Of a stretch of DNA of 64,000 bases, positions 1 through 9,037 are shown piece by piece. Below the pieces are notes generated by a model that made no database searches, was not told where the DNA came from, and worked only from the letters and a program-made list of their open reading frames with translations. The first letter of the stretch is position 1. Every line of letters begins with the position of its first letter. Origin of the DNA: an uncultured Alphaproteobacteria bacterium (GTDB lineage: Bacteria; Pseudomonadota; Alphaproteobacteria; RF32; CAG-239); contig CALXZK010000002.1 of NCBI GenBank assembly GCA_944393225.1, positions 15,148 through 79,147 on the forward strand, read 5' to 3'. Made by a program: the position numbers and the translations under genes.

Positions 1-244
1 AAAAATTTTCCAAACTTATAACGCTTTTGAGTTCAAACTCAGCATCAACCTTGCCCCAAACATCCAATCGATGTTCTTTTTTCTTATATTTCAAAAATAT
101 TTCAGCAGCAAAAGAGCGAACGCTTTCTACTTTGAAAACCTCTTTTAAATAGTTTAATTCTTCTTCACTAGCATGAAGATGATATTTTTTTTCCGATGCG
201 GTTAATTCATCAACTATTAAAGGATAAGAAAAAAGATTTTGCAT
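1..244 (-). CDS. DUF177/YceD-family protein, N-terminal part (runs off the window start)
   Basis: Manual translation from ATG at 244: MQNLFSYPLIVDELTASEKKYHLHASEEEL...WGKVDAEFELKSVISLENF; divergent from bamE, a common alphaproteobacterial neighbourhood. Not in the ORF track. Confidence 0.55.
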   Translation of the reverse strand, partial: MQNLFSYPLIVDELTASEKKYHLHASEEELNYLKEVFKVESVRSFAAEIFLKYKKKEHRLDVWGKVDAEFELKSVISLENF

Positions 245-307
245 TAATTTTTTCCCTGTGTTATAAATTCTATTAAACTTTTATGATATAATAGCAAGGA
301 TGATGAG

Positions 308-769
308 ATGTCAATAAACAAAATGTCTGTTTTGAGTTTGGCCTTTGCTCTTACGCTTTCGGCTTGCTCCAGTGATATGTTTTTAACTCATAACGGAAAC
401 ATGCCCTCTAATGAACGCATATCTCAGCTCAAGCTCGGCGACACTAAAGAACAAGTTGTTAAAACTCTCGGTGCGCCCTCTTCCGTGGTTTCTTTTGACA
501 AGAACACTTGGATTTATATGTCTTCTTCCATCAAACGTGTGGCTTTTATGGAGCCTGAGGAAGTCAGCCGCGATATTTTGACTATTGAGTTTAACAACGA
601 AGGCAGAATTTCTAATATTGAACGCTTGACCAAAGCTGACGGAAAAGAAATTGCGGTTAGTACTGATGCAACAAAAGCACAAGGTCATGACCAAGGCTTC
701 TTTGAAAAATATTTCGGCGGTGTGGGTGGATATTCCCCCTTTCCCGTAGTTGATCCCAGAGAATTATAA
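308..769 (+). CDS. bamE: Outer membrane protein assembly factor BamE (SmpA/OmlA lipoprotein)
   Basis: Lipobox LSAC; SmpA_OmlA-like motif GDTKEQVVKTLGAPS...WIY. Confidence 0.85.
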   Translation: MSINKMSVLSLAFALTLSACSSDMFLTHNGNMPSNERISQLKLGDTKEQVVKTLGAPSSVVSFDKNTWIYMSSSIKRVAFMEPEEVSRDILTIEFNNEGRISNIERLTKADGKEIAVSTDATKAQGHDQGFFEKYFGGVGGYSPFPVVDPREL

Positions 770-774
770 AATTT

Positions 775-802
775 AAGGCTCCTTCACGGAGCCTTTTTTT
801 TA
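775..802 (+). terminator. Intrinsic terminator between convergent bamE and the TerB-like gene
   Basis: aaggctcc-ttcac-ggagcctt followed by a T run. Confidence 0.8.
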
Positions 803-803
803 T

Positions 804-1475
804 TTATAATCCGACATCGGGTTCAACGCCTTGCTCTCTTAAAATTTGCAAAAGCTCTGCCAGATAAATTTTCTCATTATAGGCTAAGAAGCCGTCACCA
901 ATGCAAATTTTGACGGCAGCTTGCACCAATTCTTCTGCTTCTTCCGGCGTTTTTTGATTTAAATTATCCGCAGCTTGATAAAACTCTTCCGTAGTTGGTT
1001 GCAATGCTTTTAAACAACTTTCAACATAGTTTTTACTCAAACTCTGCGGATGCGGGTGATGCTGCTCTATATATTGCAAAATGGTCTTTTTCTTTATCTC
1101 GGAAAAATAATCTATACACTTAGCAATGTAGAGCAAAATGGTGATATCATCTTTTAAGACTTCCAAAAGCTCTAAATTAACCGGTGTTTTTTTGGTTACG
1201 GTGGCTTTATTTTCTGTGGTTTCAGCCTTAAACTCATTAAAATCTCTTAGCAGGACCGAACATGATGTATATAATTTTTCGGTACTTAAATCAAAAATAT
1301 CTTTGATATATGCAGAATCTATAACTTTGGAACTTTTATCACGATAAAAATACAAATTGAGCATGATGTTGCCACCATGATCCCAAATATTTTTTAAGGC
1401 CACATTTTCTTCGCGCACATCATCTCCTGATTTGATATGCGCCAAAAGATTATAGAACCTTACGTTTTCCGTCAT
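804..1475 (-). CDS. Hypothetical protein with TerB-like C-terminal domain
   Basis: C-terminal helical region (LLYIAKCIDYFSEIKKKTILQY...LVQAAVKICIGDGFLAYNEKIYLAEL) resembles TerB/co-chaperone-like repeats; abuts the mfd stop. Confidence 0.4.
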   Translation of the reverse strand: MTENVRFYNLLAHIKSGDDVREENVALKNIWDHGGNIMLNLYFYRDKSSKVIDSAYIKDIFDLSTEKLYTSCSVLLRDFNEFKAETTENKATVTKKTPVNLELLEVLKDDITILLYIAKCIDYFSEIKKKTILQYIEQHHPHPQSLSKNYVESCLKALQPTTEEFYQAADNLNQKTPEEAEELVQAAVKICIGDGFLAYNEKIYLAELLQILREQGVEPDVGL

Positions 1476-4400
1476 TTAGTCCTCAAGCAACTTATTGAGT
1501 TTGTTTACATAATTTTTTATAGTTTCTACGCGCTGCGCATAACTGTCAAGGTTTTTCTCTATAAACAGCTTCTGGTCGGGGCGAATCTTAATAGCACCAA
1601 ACTGACGTGCAACAAAGTCTATCAATTTTTCCGGTTTGGCAAAGGTGTTGTTTCTCAACGTAATCAAAATACCTTTGGCTCCGGCATCAATTTTTTCAAT
1701 ATTTGCCTTGCGACAAAGTTGTTTTATTTCGACTGTTTTTAATAAGTTGTCTACCTCAACAGGCAATGGTCCGAAGCGGTCTATCAATTCTTCTCTGATG
1801 TCATCCAAACCGGCTTTGTCTTCAATATCACCAATGCGTTTGTACAAGCCCAAACGTACACCCAAATCTCTGACATAGGTTTCGGGAATCATAATCGGAA
1901 TACCGGTGGTAATTTGCGGTGCCCAATCGGTCATGGCGGCGCCGGCACCAGCTTCTTTCTCGCCTTTTGTGCCTTGAGTCTTAAGACGCATTATTTCTTC
2001 TTCCAACATATGTTGGTACAAAGCAATACCCACTTCTTTGATGTGTCCTGATTGCTCCTCGCCCAAGATGTTACCCGAACCTCGGATATCCATATCATGG
2101 CTGGCCAATGAGAAACCTGCGCCCAAAGAATCCAATGCTTGCAAAATATTCAATCTTCTTTCAGCAATCGGCTTCAAAGCTTTTTGTTTGGGGACGGTAA
2201 AGTAACAATATCCTCTCACCTTGCCGCGACCGACACGCCCTTTGAGCTGATACAACTGAGCCAAGCCAAACATATCTGCTCTATGGACAATCATGGTGTT
2301 CACGCTCGGCATATCAATACCGGATTCAATGATGGTGGTGGAAAGCAACAAATCTGCCTTGCCATCGGCAAAATCGTTCATCACGGTTTCAAGTTGTTTG
2401 ACCGGCATTTGTCCATGTGCCACCAAAATTTTGACATCAGGTACCAGTTCGCGTAATTCTTTTTCAACACCGAAAATATCTGACACGCGCGGGCAGACAA
2501 AGAAGGTTTGACCATGACGGAATTTTTCACGATAGATTGCCTCTTTTATCATCACTTTATCAAAAGGCATGACGAATGTACGCGCAGCCAATCTATCTAC
2601 CGGCGGAGTAGCAATCAAGCTCAACTGCTTAACGCCCGTCAAAGAAAGTTGCAAGGTTCTCGGAATCGGGGTTGCGGTCATGGTTAAAACGTGAACGTCT
2701 GACTTAATTGACTTCAACTTCTCTTTATGAGCCACGCCAAAATGTTGTTCCTCATCAATAATCAGCAAACCCAAATTGCAGAATTTGATATCTTTGGCAA
2801 GCAATGCATGGGTACCAATCACAATCTCAACCGAGCCCTCTTCCAAACCTTTTTTGGTTTCGGCGGCTTCTTTCGGGGTGACCAAACGCGAGAGCATTCT
2901 CACTCTTATCGGAAAACCTTCCATGCGTTTTTTAAAGTTCATGTAGTGCTGACGAGCAAGCAAAGTTGTCGGCACAATCAAGGCAACTTGCGCCCCGCTG
3001 GTGGCAACGGCAAATGCTGCTCTTAATGCTACCTCGGTTTTGCCAAAGCCGACATCGCCGCAGACTAACCTATCCATCGGCACGGTATCTGCCAAATCTT
3101 GCAAAACATCGCTAATGGCATTCAACTGGTCATCGGTTTCTGAATATGGGAAACGAGAGCAAAATTCATCATACATGCCTTGTGGGGCAATAAAGCTATC
3201 GGCTTTTTTCAAATGACGTTCAGCGGCAATTTTAATCAGCTTTTCGGCAATATCTTTAATGCGCTGTTTAACTTTGGCTTTCTTTGCCTGCCATGCCAAA
3301 CCGCCCAACGTATCCAGCTGAATATTATCATCATCCAAGCCATAGCGCGACAAGACATCAATATTTTCAACCGGAACAAAAAGTTTGGCATCATTGGCAT
3401 ATAAAATCTTCAAACAATCGTGCGGAGCGCCACCGGCGGTGATATTCTCCAGCCCCATAAATTTACCGATACCGTGTTCAATGTGAACAACCAACTCACC
3501 AACGCTCAAAGAACCGACATCGGCAATAAAATCTTTACTTGATGCTTTTTTCTTGACGGCGCGGTGTTGACGCTCGCCCAAAACATCTTGCTCAGAGATA
3601 AAGCACAAACCATCGCCCCTGAAACCATGCGGTAGATTCAAAACCACCATGGCGGTGCGTTTATTTTCCGGATGATTGGCTTCTTTCCAATCCGCGGCAA
3701 AATATAAATTCTCAATGCCGTGCTCGTGCATCAGCGTAAACAATCTATCGCGAGAACCTTCGGAATAGCAGCAAATTACGCGGCGAAGCTTATTGTTTTC
3801 TTTAAGATATTCATCAAGTTCTTTATAAACTTCCTGCAGATTGACGTTTTTGGCTTGAGCAAAACTACGTCCCGGCAACACGCCGGCATTGACCGTATTA
3901 TCATTTTCAGCCAAAGTCATGGAAGTGAAATAAACAGCTTCTTTTTTCTTGAAAATATCGGTGATTTCTTTTTCGGTCAGATACAATAACTCAGGCGCAA
4001 TCGGGCGGTAAATATCCACCTCGTTGACAGACTTAACATTCAATGCTTCTAAACGCGCCTGATAATAATCGGCAATGCTTTCGCATTTGGACTTAACCGC
4101 TTCCAAAACATTGCGACCGACAATCACTTTGGCTTGCGGCAGATAGGAAAAAATATCGGGCAGCGGTTCTTCATAGAAAAACGGCAACCAGTTTTCCATA
4201 CCCAGATGTTTTACGCCGTTACTGATGTCGGCATAAATTTCATCATCTTTGAACGCAGCACCGAAAGCCTCGCGATATTTGGTGCGGAAAGACTTGATGG
4301 TGTTTTCATCCAGAGTTACCTCGCCCATCACCTGAAAAGTATAATGGCTGAGTTCGCCCGTGGTGCGTTGAGTCATAGCATCAAATGTACGGATACGTTC

Positions 4401-4964
4401 GACCTCATCATCAAACATATCAATACGCAACGGCTCGTCGGTACCAACCGGGAAAATATCGATAATATCGCCACGAACGGCATATTCTCCGGGTTCAATC
4501 ACCTGTTCCACACGGTTATAGCCATTGATGGCGGCATAATGCACAAAGTCATTAAAACTCAACTTGTTGCCGACTTTGACTTGTCTTATGGCATTTAAGA
4601 AAATTTTCTGCGGCGGCAGTTTTTGTAAAACCGAGCCGACACTTGCCAATATCACACGCGATTTTTTCGGCTGCGGGTTGCTGACAATTGAAGTCAGCGT
4701 TTCTATTCTTTGGGCAACGATATTGATGTTGGGCGAAACTCTATCATAAGGCACGGTATCCCATGACGGCAGCAACAAAACCTCTAAATCGGGATTGAGC
4801 CAACGCAACATATCGGCGGTTTTCTCCATAGAAATACCGTCACTCAAAATATATAAAATATCTTGCTTTTTCTTTTGGCTGAATTTTTCTGCCAGCACGG
4901 CATCATAGCCGTCCGGCACGGAAGAAATGATTTTGCCTTTTAACTTTTCAATATCGTCCAACAT
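1476..4964 (-). CDS. mfd: Transcription-repair coupling factor
   Basis: UvrB-like N-terminus (LPSWDTVPYDRVSP), CarD-like RID domain (VVHIEHGIG), CGDVGFGKT, DEEQHFG, QLKGRVGR, TRCF C-terminus. Confidence 0.98.
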   Translation of the reverse strand: MLDDIEKLKGKIISSVPDGYDAVLAEKFSQKKKQDILYILSDGISMEKTADMLRWLNPDLEVLLLPSWDTVPYDRVSPNINIVAQRIETLTSIVSNPQPKKSRVILASVGSVLQKLPPQKIFLNAIRQVKVGNKLSFNDFVHYAAINGYNRVEQVIEPGEYAVRGDIIDIFPVGTDEPLRIDMFDDEVERIRTFDAMTQRTTGELSHYTFQVMGEVTLDENTIKSFRTKYREAFGAAFKDDEIYADISNGVKHLGMENWLPFFYEEPLPDIFSYLPQAKVIVGRNVLEAVKSKCESIADYYQARLEALNVKSVNEVDIYRPIAPELLYLTEKEITDIFKKKEAVYFTSMTLAENDNTVNAGVLPGRSFAQAKNVNLQEVYKELDEYLKENNKLRRVICCYSEGSRDRLFTLMHEHGIENLYFAADWKEANHPENKRTAMVVLNLPHGFRGDGLCFISEQDVLGERQHRAVKKKASSKDFIADVGSLSVGELVVHIEHGIGKFMGLENITAGGAPHDCLKILYANDAKLFVPVENIDVLSRYGLDDDNIQLDTLGGLAWQAKKAKVKQRIKDIAEKLIKIAAERHLKKADSFIAPQGMYDEFCSRFPYSETDDQLNAISDVLQDLADTVPMDRLVCGDVGFGKTEVALRAAFAVATSGAQVALIVPTTLLARQHYMNFKKRMEGFPIRVRMLSRLVTPKEAAETKKGLEEGSVEIVIGTHALLAKDIKFCNLGLLIIDEEQHFGVAHKEKLKSIKSDVHVLTMTATPIPRTLQLSLTGVKQLSLIATPPVDRLAARTFVMPFDKVMIKEAIYREKFRHGQTFFVCPRVSDIFGVEKELRELVPDVKILVAHGQMPVKQLETVMNDFADGKADLLLSTTIIESGIDMPSVNTMIVHRADMFGLAQLYQLKGRVGRGKVRGYCYFTVPKQKALKPIAERRLNILQALDSLGAGFSLASHDMDIRGSGNILGEEQSGHIKEVGIALYQHMLEEEIMRLKTQGTKGEKEAGAGAAMTDWAPQITTGIPIMIPETYVRDLGVRLGLYKRIGDIEDKAGLDDIREELIDRFGPLPVEVDNLLKTVEIKQLCRKANIEKIDAGAKGILITLRNNTFAKPEKLIDFVARQFGAIKIRPDQKLFIEKNLDSYAQRVETIKNYVNKLNKLLED

Positions 4965-5047
4965 TTTTTTATTTCTGTTATTTACTTAACCGAATAAACT
5001 ATATACAATATGCGCATAAGTACAACCATTTTTTTGAAAAAAAGCAG

Positions 5048-7126
5048 ATGCGTCCCGAGATTTTATATCCCTTATTTGGCTCACTTACTTCCATCGGCGG
5101 ATTGGGAGAAAAGAGTGCTAAGCTTTTGCAAAATTTGGATTGCCGCCTCATCAAAGACCTTATCTTTCATCTGCCGTCAAACATGGTTGACCGTCGCTAT
5201 TCGCCAAAGCTTGCCGATGCTATTCCGGGGCGTGTAGCCACACTCAAAGTTAAAGTGATTGAGCATATTGCACCACAAAAAAAATCACAACCCTACAAGG
5301 TGATTGCCGCTGATGAAACCGAGCAAATCATCATCAGCTTTTTTAAGGCTTATCCCTCCACAATTCAAAAAAATCTGCCGCTCAATCAATGGGTGGCTAT
5401 CAGTGGCAAGCTTGAGAAATTTAACAATTCTTTGCAAATGACCCATCCCGACTATATTGTCCCTGCCGCGCAGATTGATTCCATTTGCACCATTGAGCCG
5501 GTTTATCCGCTCACCGCCGGCATCAGTAACAAGATGCTCCGCAAATGGATTTTACAAGCCCTTGCCCGCACACCGCAACTTCCGGAATGGTTGGATGAAA
5601 ACCTGCTTAAAGAGAAAAAATGGCTCTCGTTTAACCAATCTCTGCTTAACCTGCACCATCCGCAATATCTCGCGGACTTGGACATTAACTCGCCCGAGCG
5701 TCAACGCTTGGCTTATGATGAGTTGCTTGCCAACCAACTCACCCTTGCCATAGCGCGGCAAAAAATTAAAAAGCAAGCCGGTCGCTCACTCAAAGGCAAC
5801 GGACTCTTACGCAAAAAACTTATGGAGATTTTGCCGTTCAAACTGACCGAAGCGCAAGAAAAAGTGCTCCGTGAGATTTTTGCCGACCAAGCCTCACCTT
5901 TCCGCATGCTGCGACTTTTGCAAGGTGATGTCGGTTGCGGTAAAACCATTGTGGCTTTTTTCTCCATGCTCAACGCCATTGAATGCGGTGCTCAAGCTGC
6001 CATTATGGCACCGACCGAAATTTTAGCCAAGCAGCATCAAGAAACCATTGCTCCTCTCTGTGAGGAGCTCGGTATTACCTGTGCACTTTTAACCGGCAAG
6101 ACCAAACCCAAACAACGCAAAGAAATTCTTACCCAATTGGAAGAAGGTAAAATCAACATTCTTATCGGAACGCACGCCCTCTTTCAAGAAAACGTCATTT
6201 TCAAAGACCTTGCCTATGCCGTGATTGACGAGCAGCATCGCTTTGGCGTACATCAACGTCTTAACTTCTCTAACAAAGGCAACAAAGCCGATATTCTCGT
6301 TATGACCGCAACCCCTATTCCGAGAACTCTCCTACTCACGGCATACGGAGATATGGAATATTCCAAAATCGACCAAGTGCCGGAAGGACGGCAGCCGGTT
6401 TCAACCCTTGTGATGCCGATCGATAAAATCCATGATGTTGTTTCCGCCCTTGCTCGCAAATTGCAACAAGGAGCGCGCGCTTATTGGGTTTGCCCCCTTG
6501 TCGAAGAATCGGAAAAAATTGACCTTGCCGCTGCCGAAGAACGTTACGAATCGCTCAAAAAATATTTTGGCGACCAAGTCGGTCTTGTTCACGGCAAGAT
6601 GAAAGAGGCGGAAAAAGATGCGGTAATGGAAAAATTCAAAAAAGGAGAAATTTCGCTTCTTGTTGCCACAACCGTGATTGAAGTTGGTGTTAATGTGCCT
6701 GAGGCAACTCTCATGATTATTGAACATGCCGAGCGCTTCGGCTTAGCGCAACTGCACCAACTGCGCGGACGTATCAAACGTGGTTTTCAGGCTTCCACCT
6801 GCATTCTGCTCTATTCGCACCCGCTTTCGGAAACGTCACGCGCGCGCCTCAATATTATGAAAGAAACTGAAGATGGTTTCCGCATTGCCGAAGAAGATCT
6901 TGACCTGCGCGGCGGCGGTGAACTTCTCGGCACCAAGCAAAGCGGTTTTAACACCTTCAAACTGGCAGACCTTTCCGTGCACAAAGGTCTGCTCCTCACA
7001 GCCTCACAAGATGCCAAACTCTTTATTGCGCAAGACCCTGACTTTACCTCTCCACGAGGTAAAGCTCTTAAAAATCTGCTTTATCTGTTTGAGCGTGATG
7101 AAGCGGTTAAAACCTATAACCAATAA
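5048..7126 (+). CDS. recG: ATP-dependent DNA helicase RecG
   Basis: Wedge domain, QGDVGCGKT, DEQHRFG, MTATPIPRT, QLRGRIKRG, EEDLDLRGGGELLG. Confidence 0.98.
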   Translation: MRPEILYPLFGSLTSIGGLGEKSAKLLQNLDCRLIKDLIFHLPSNMVDRRYSPKLADAIPGRVATLKVKVIEHIAPQKKSQPYKVIAADETEQIIISFFKAYPSTIQKNLPLNQWVAISGKLEKFNNSLQMTHPDYIVPAAQIDSICTIEPVYPLTAGISNKMLRKWILQALARTPQLPEWLDENLLKEKKWLSFNQSLLNLHHPQYLADLDINSPERQRLAYDELLANQLTLAIARQKIKKQAGRSLKGNGLLRKKLMEILPFKLTEAQEKVLREIFADQASPFRMLRLLQGDVGCGKTIVAFFSMLNAIECGAQAAIMAPTEILAKQHQETIAPLCEELGITCALLTGKTKPKQRKEILTQLEEGKINILIGTHALFQENVIFKDLAYAVIDEQHRFGVHQRLNFSNKGNKADILVMTATPIPRTLLLTAYGDMEYSKIDQVPEGRQPVSTLVMPIDKIHDVVSALARKLQQGARAYWVCPLVEESEKIDLAAAEERYESLKKYFGDQVGLVHGKMKEAEKDAVMEKFKKGEISLLVATTVIEVGVNVPEATLMIIEHAERFGLAQLHQLRGRIKRGFQASTCILLYSHPLSETSRARLNIMKETEDGFRIAEEDLDLRGGGELLGTKQSGFNTFKLADLSVHKGLLLTASQDAKLFIAQDPDFTSPRGKALKNLLYLFERDEAVKTYNQ

Positions 7127-7159
7127 AAAACGAGGGGTGACTCGCGTCAACCCTCTTTT
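7126..7159. terminator. Bidirectional intrinsic terminator after recG
   Basis: gaggggtgac-tcgc-gtcaaccctc flanked by A and T runs. Confidence 0.7.
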
Positions 7160-7261
7160 ACATAGATAACATTCAAAGATTGAATGAACTTCATAAAAGA
7201 ACTGATTCTCATCATGTCTTTTATTAACACTAATCTAATGAGTATATTGAAAAAAATTGCT

Positions 7262-7852
7262 TCATGAAATTTTGGTAATTTGCTTGCCTTTGGTGGACTG
7301 ATATGTCACTTGTGAATCGTTTTGCTTCACAAAGAAAGCATATGTTCCACGATGCTGCATTACCCAATATTTTTCATTATCAATCAAACAAGAAAATACT
7401 TCTTGTCCGGGAATCTTGAAATAGTCTTGTTGCAAAGAGATTTCCGAAAAAGCGACAAATGCTTTAATCAAAGCTTCCGCTGTTGATTTTTCTTTACAAG
7501 CGTTTTCCGCATTATCTTTACTCAGAACAATATTTGCATCACCAATTTCGCCAATGACGTCAGCATGCAAAAATCCTTGATGATACGTATTCCCTATTTC
7601 TAACTGCGGAGCTATCGGGAGCTCTTCAAAAATATTGATACTCATTTGCAGGGGTGAGTAAATCAAATATTTTACTTCATTTCCCTTTGCAGCTTCAATA
7701 ACAATTCCGGGAACATAGTCCAAAATTGAAGTGCTAAAAAGCAGTTTAACTTGCGGTGTGCTGAGGTTGTAACCTTGCAATTCATCCATAAACAAGTTTG
7801 ACAACATGTTCTTAACTTCTTCTTTTGAAACTGTTAAAAATTTTTTCTCCAT
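7262..7852 (-). CDS. Hypothetical protein (orphan)
   Basis: 196-aa ORF in AT-rich sequence; no recognised motif. Confidence 0.6.
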   Translation of the reverse strand: MEKKFLTVSKEEVKNMLSNLFMDELQGYNLSTPQVKLLFSTSILDYVPGIVIEAAKGNEVKYLIYSPLQMSINIFEELPIAPQLEIGNTYHQGFLHADVIGEIGDANIVLSKDNAENACKEKSTAEALIKAFVAFSEISLQQDYFKIPGQEVFSCLIDNEKYWVMQHRGTYAFFVKQNDSQVTYQSTKGKQITKIS

Positions 7853-7935
7853 AGCTTTTTTTAATTTTTAAATTATACATATAAATAATAAAATTCGCAG
7901 GAAGGAATTTATTACTTCATTAGACAAAAGTCAAC

Positions 7936-7972
7936 AAAAAAAAGTGAACAACTTTCGTTGCTCACTTTTTTT
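7936..7972. terminator. Intrinsic terminator after the 7981-8367 ORF
   Basis: aaaaaaagtga-acaac-tttc-gttg-c-tcacttttttt. Confidence 0.65.
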
Positions 7973-7980
7973 AAGAAATT

Positions 7981-8367
7981 TCATTTTGTTTCTGTCAGCT
8001 CAAAACCTTTTTCGCCGATGGTTATTAAAACACCGTTTACCAGAATGGAACTTCCTGCTTCTTTAACAATCTTGTTCCATATTTTTTGCGAATAAGAATG
8101 AATGCTAACATAGCCAACATTGGGATAATAGACTAATGCGGATATTTTATCTGAAAGTAATGATCTTTTGAAACCTATCAGATACAACGGCTTTTGACCA
8201 TTAAAAGCTGCTATCGGCTTAGCATATATATGAAATGGACTTGATAAACAGGTATAACGCTCTTTACACTTTATCCATTCTGTCCGACATTTGGCCAATG
8301 AAAATTTCCACTCTCTTTCCTGTTTTGATTTTGACAAAGCATTTTTTAATAATAATTTCTTTCCCAT
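7981..8367 (-). CDS. Hypothetical basic protein (orphan)
   Basis: 128-aa ORF with its own terminator; no recognised motif. Confidence 0.55.
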   Translation of the reverse strand: MGKKLLLKNALSKSKQEREWKFSLAKCRTEWIKCKERYTCLSSPFHIYAKPIAAFNGQKPLYLIGFKRSLLSDKISALVYYPNVGYVSIHSYSQKIWNKIVKEAGSSILVNGVLITIGEKGFELTETK

Positions 8368-8432
8368 AACTTTTTATATAATGATTAATAGCTGGCGTGA
8401 ACTTAATTTTTATATTCTTTTTTGTCAACCCC

Positions 8433-8468
8433 AAAAAACACCTCCGTTTGGTTACGGAGGTGTTTTTT
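8433..8468. terminator. Bidirectional intrinsic terminator
   Basis: Perfect 15-bp inverted repeat aaaaaacacctccgt / acggaggtgtttttt. Confidence 0.8.
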
Positions 8469-8481
8469 ACATTATTTTTTC

Positions 8482-8946
8482 TTATGAAACTTCTAACTCT
8501 GCTCTTTTATATGCAGCGTAATTGATTGATTTATGTTCTTGTTTCTGTTGTTTTTGCTTATATGCATTATATTCATTAAAGAAACCATCGACAGTATGTT
8601 CTTTATTCAATTTCAAATATCTATCCATGGCAATCACGGCATAATCTTTGGGTTTGGGCGCCATGATATTAAGCATCTCTAAAACGGCTTTTTTCTTTGC
8701 GATACTTTTCATCTTATCTATCTTCGGCAAAGTTGCCATAGCTTTTTGATTATACATTTTGATTCTATATTTTGCTTTACTGCTTTCCAAAAAAGCAATA
8801 GCCGGATTGGACGGGAGTCCTAATTCTGATAACTTGCAGTCTTTTCCGGTAATTTCATACAGATGTGCAAATAGCTGTTCTTTACTCAAGTTTGCCGCAG
8901 AAATTTTCTCGACAAAGGCACTTCCTACAGTTCTTTTTTCTCCCAT
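8482..8946 (-). CDS. Hypothetical protein (orphan)
   Basis: 154-aa ORF, RBS-like ggagg upstream, own terminator. Confidence 0.6.
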   Translation of the reverse strand: MGEKRTVGSAFVEKISAANLSKEQLFAHLYEITGKDCKLSELGLPSNPAIAFLESSKAKYRIKMYNQKAMATLPKIDKMKSIAKKKAVLEMLNIMAPKPKDYAVIAMDRYLKLNKEHTVDGFFNEYNAYKQKQQKQEHKSINYAAYKRAELEVS

Positions 8947-9037
8947 AATAATCCTCCCCTTTTTGGTGTTTGTTTATATTCTTTATAATAGCATATTTCC
9001 TAAGCTTTCACAAGTTTTATCACGCTAAAAAATGGGG

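Noticed and set aside
7175-7188. 14-bp match aaagattgaatgaa with 21219-21232
   Set aside because: Short AT-rich matches of this length are expected by chance in 64 kb; flanks do not align.
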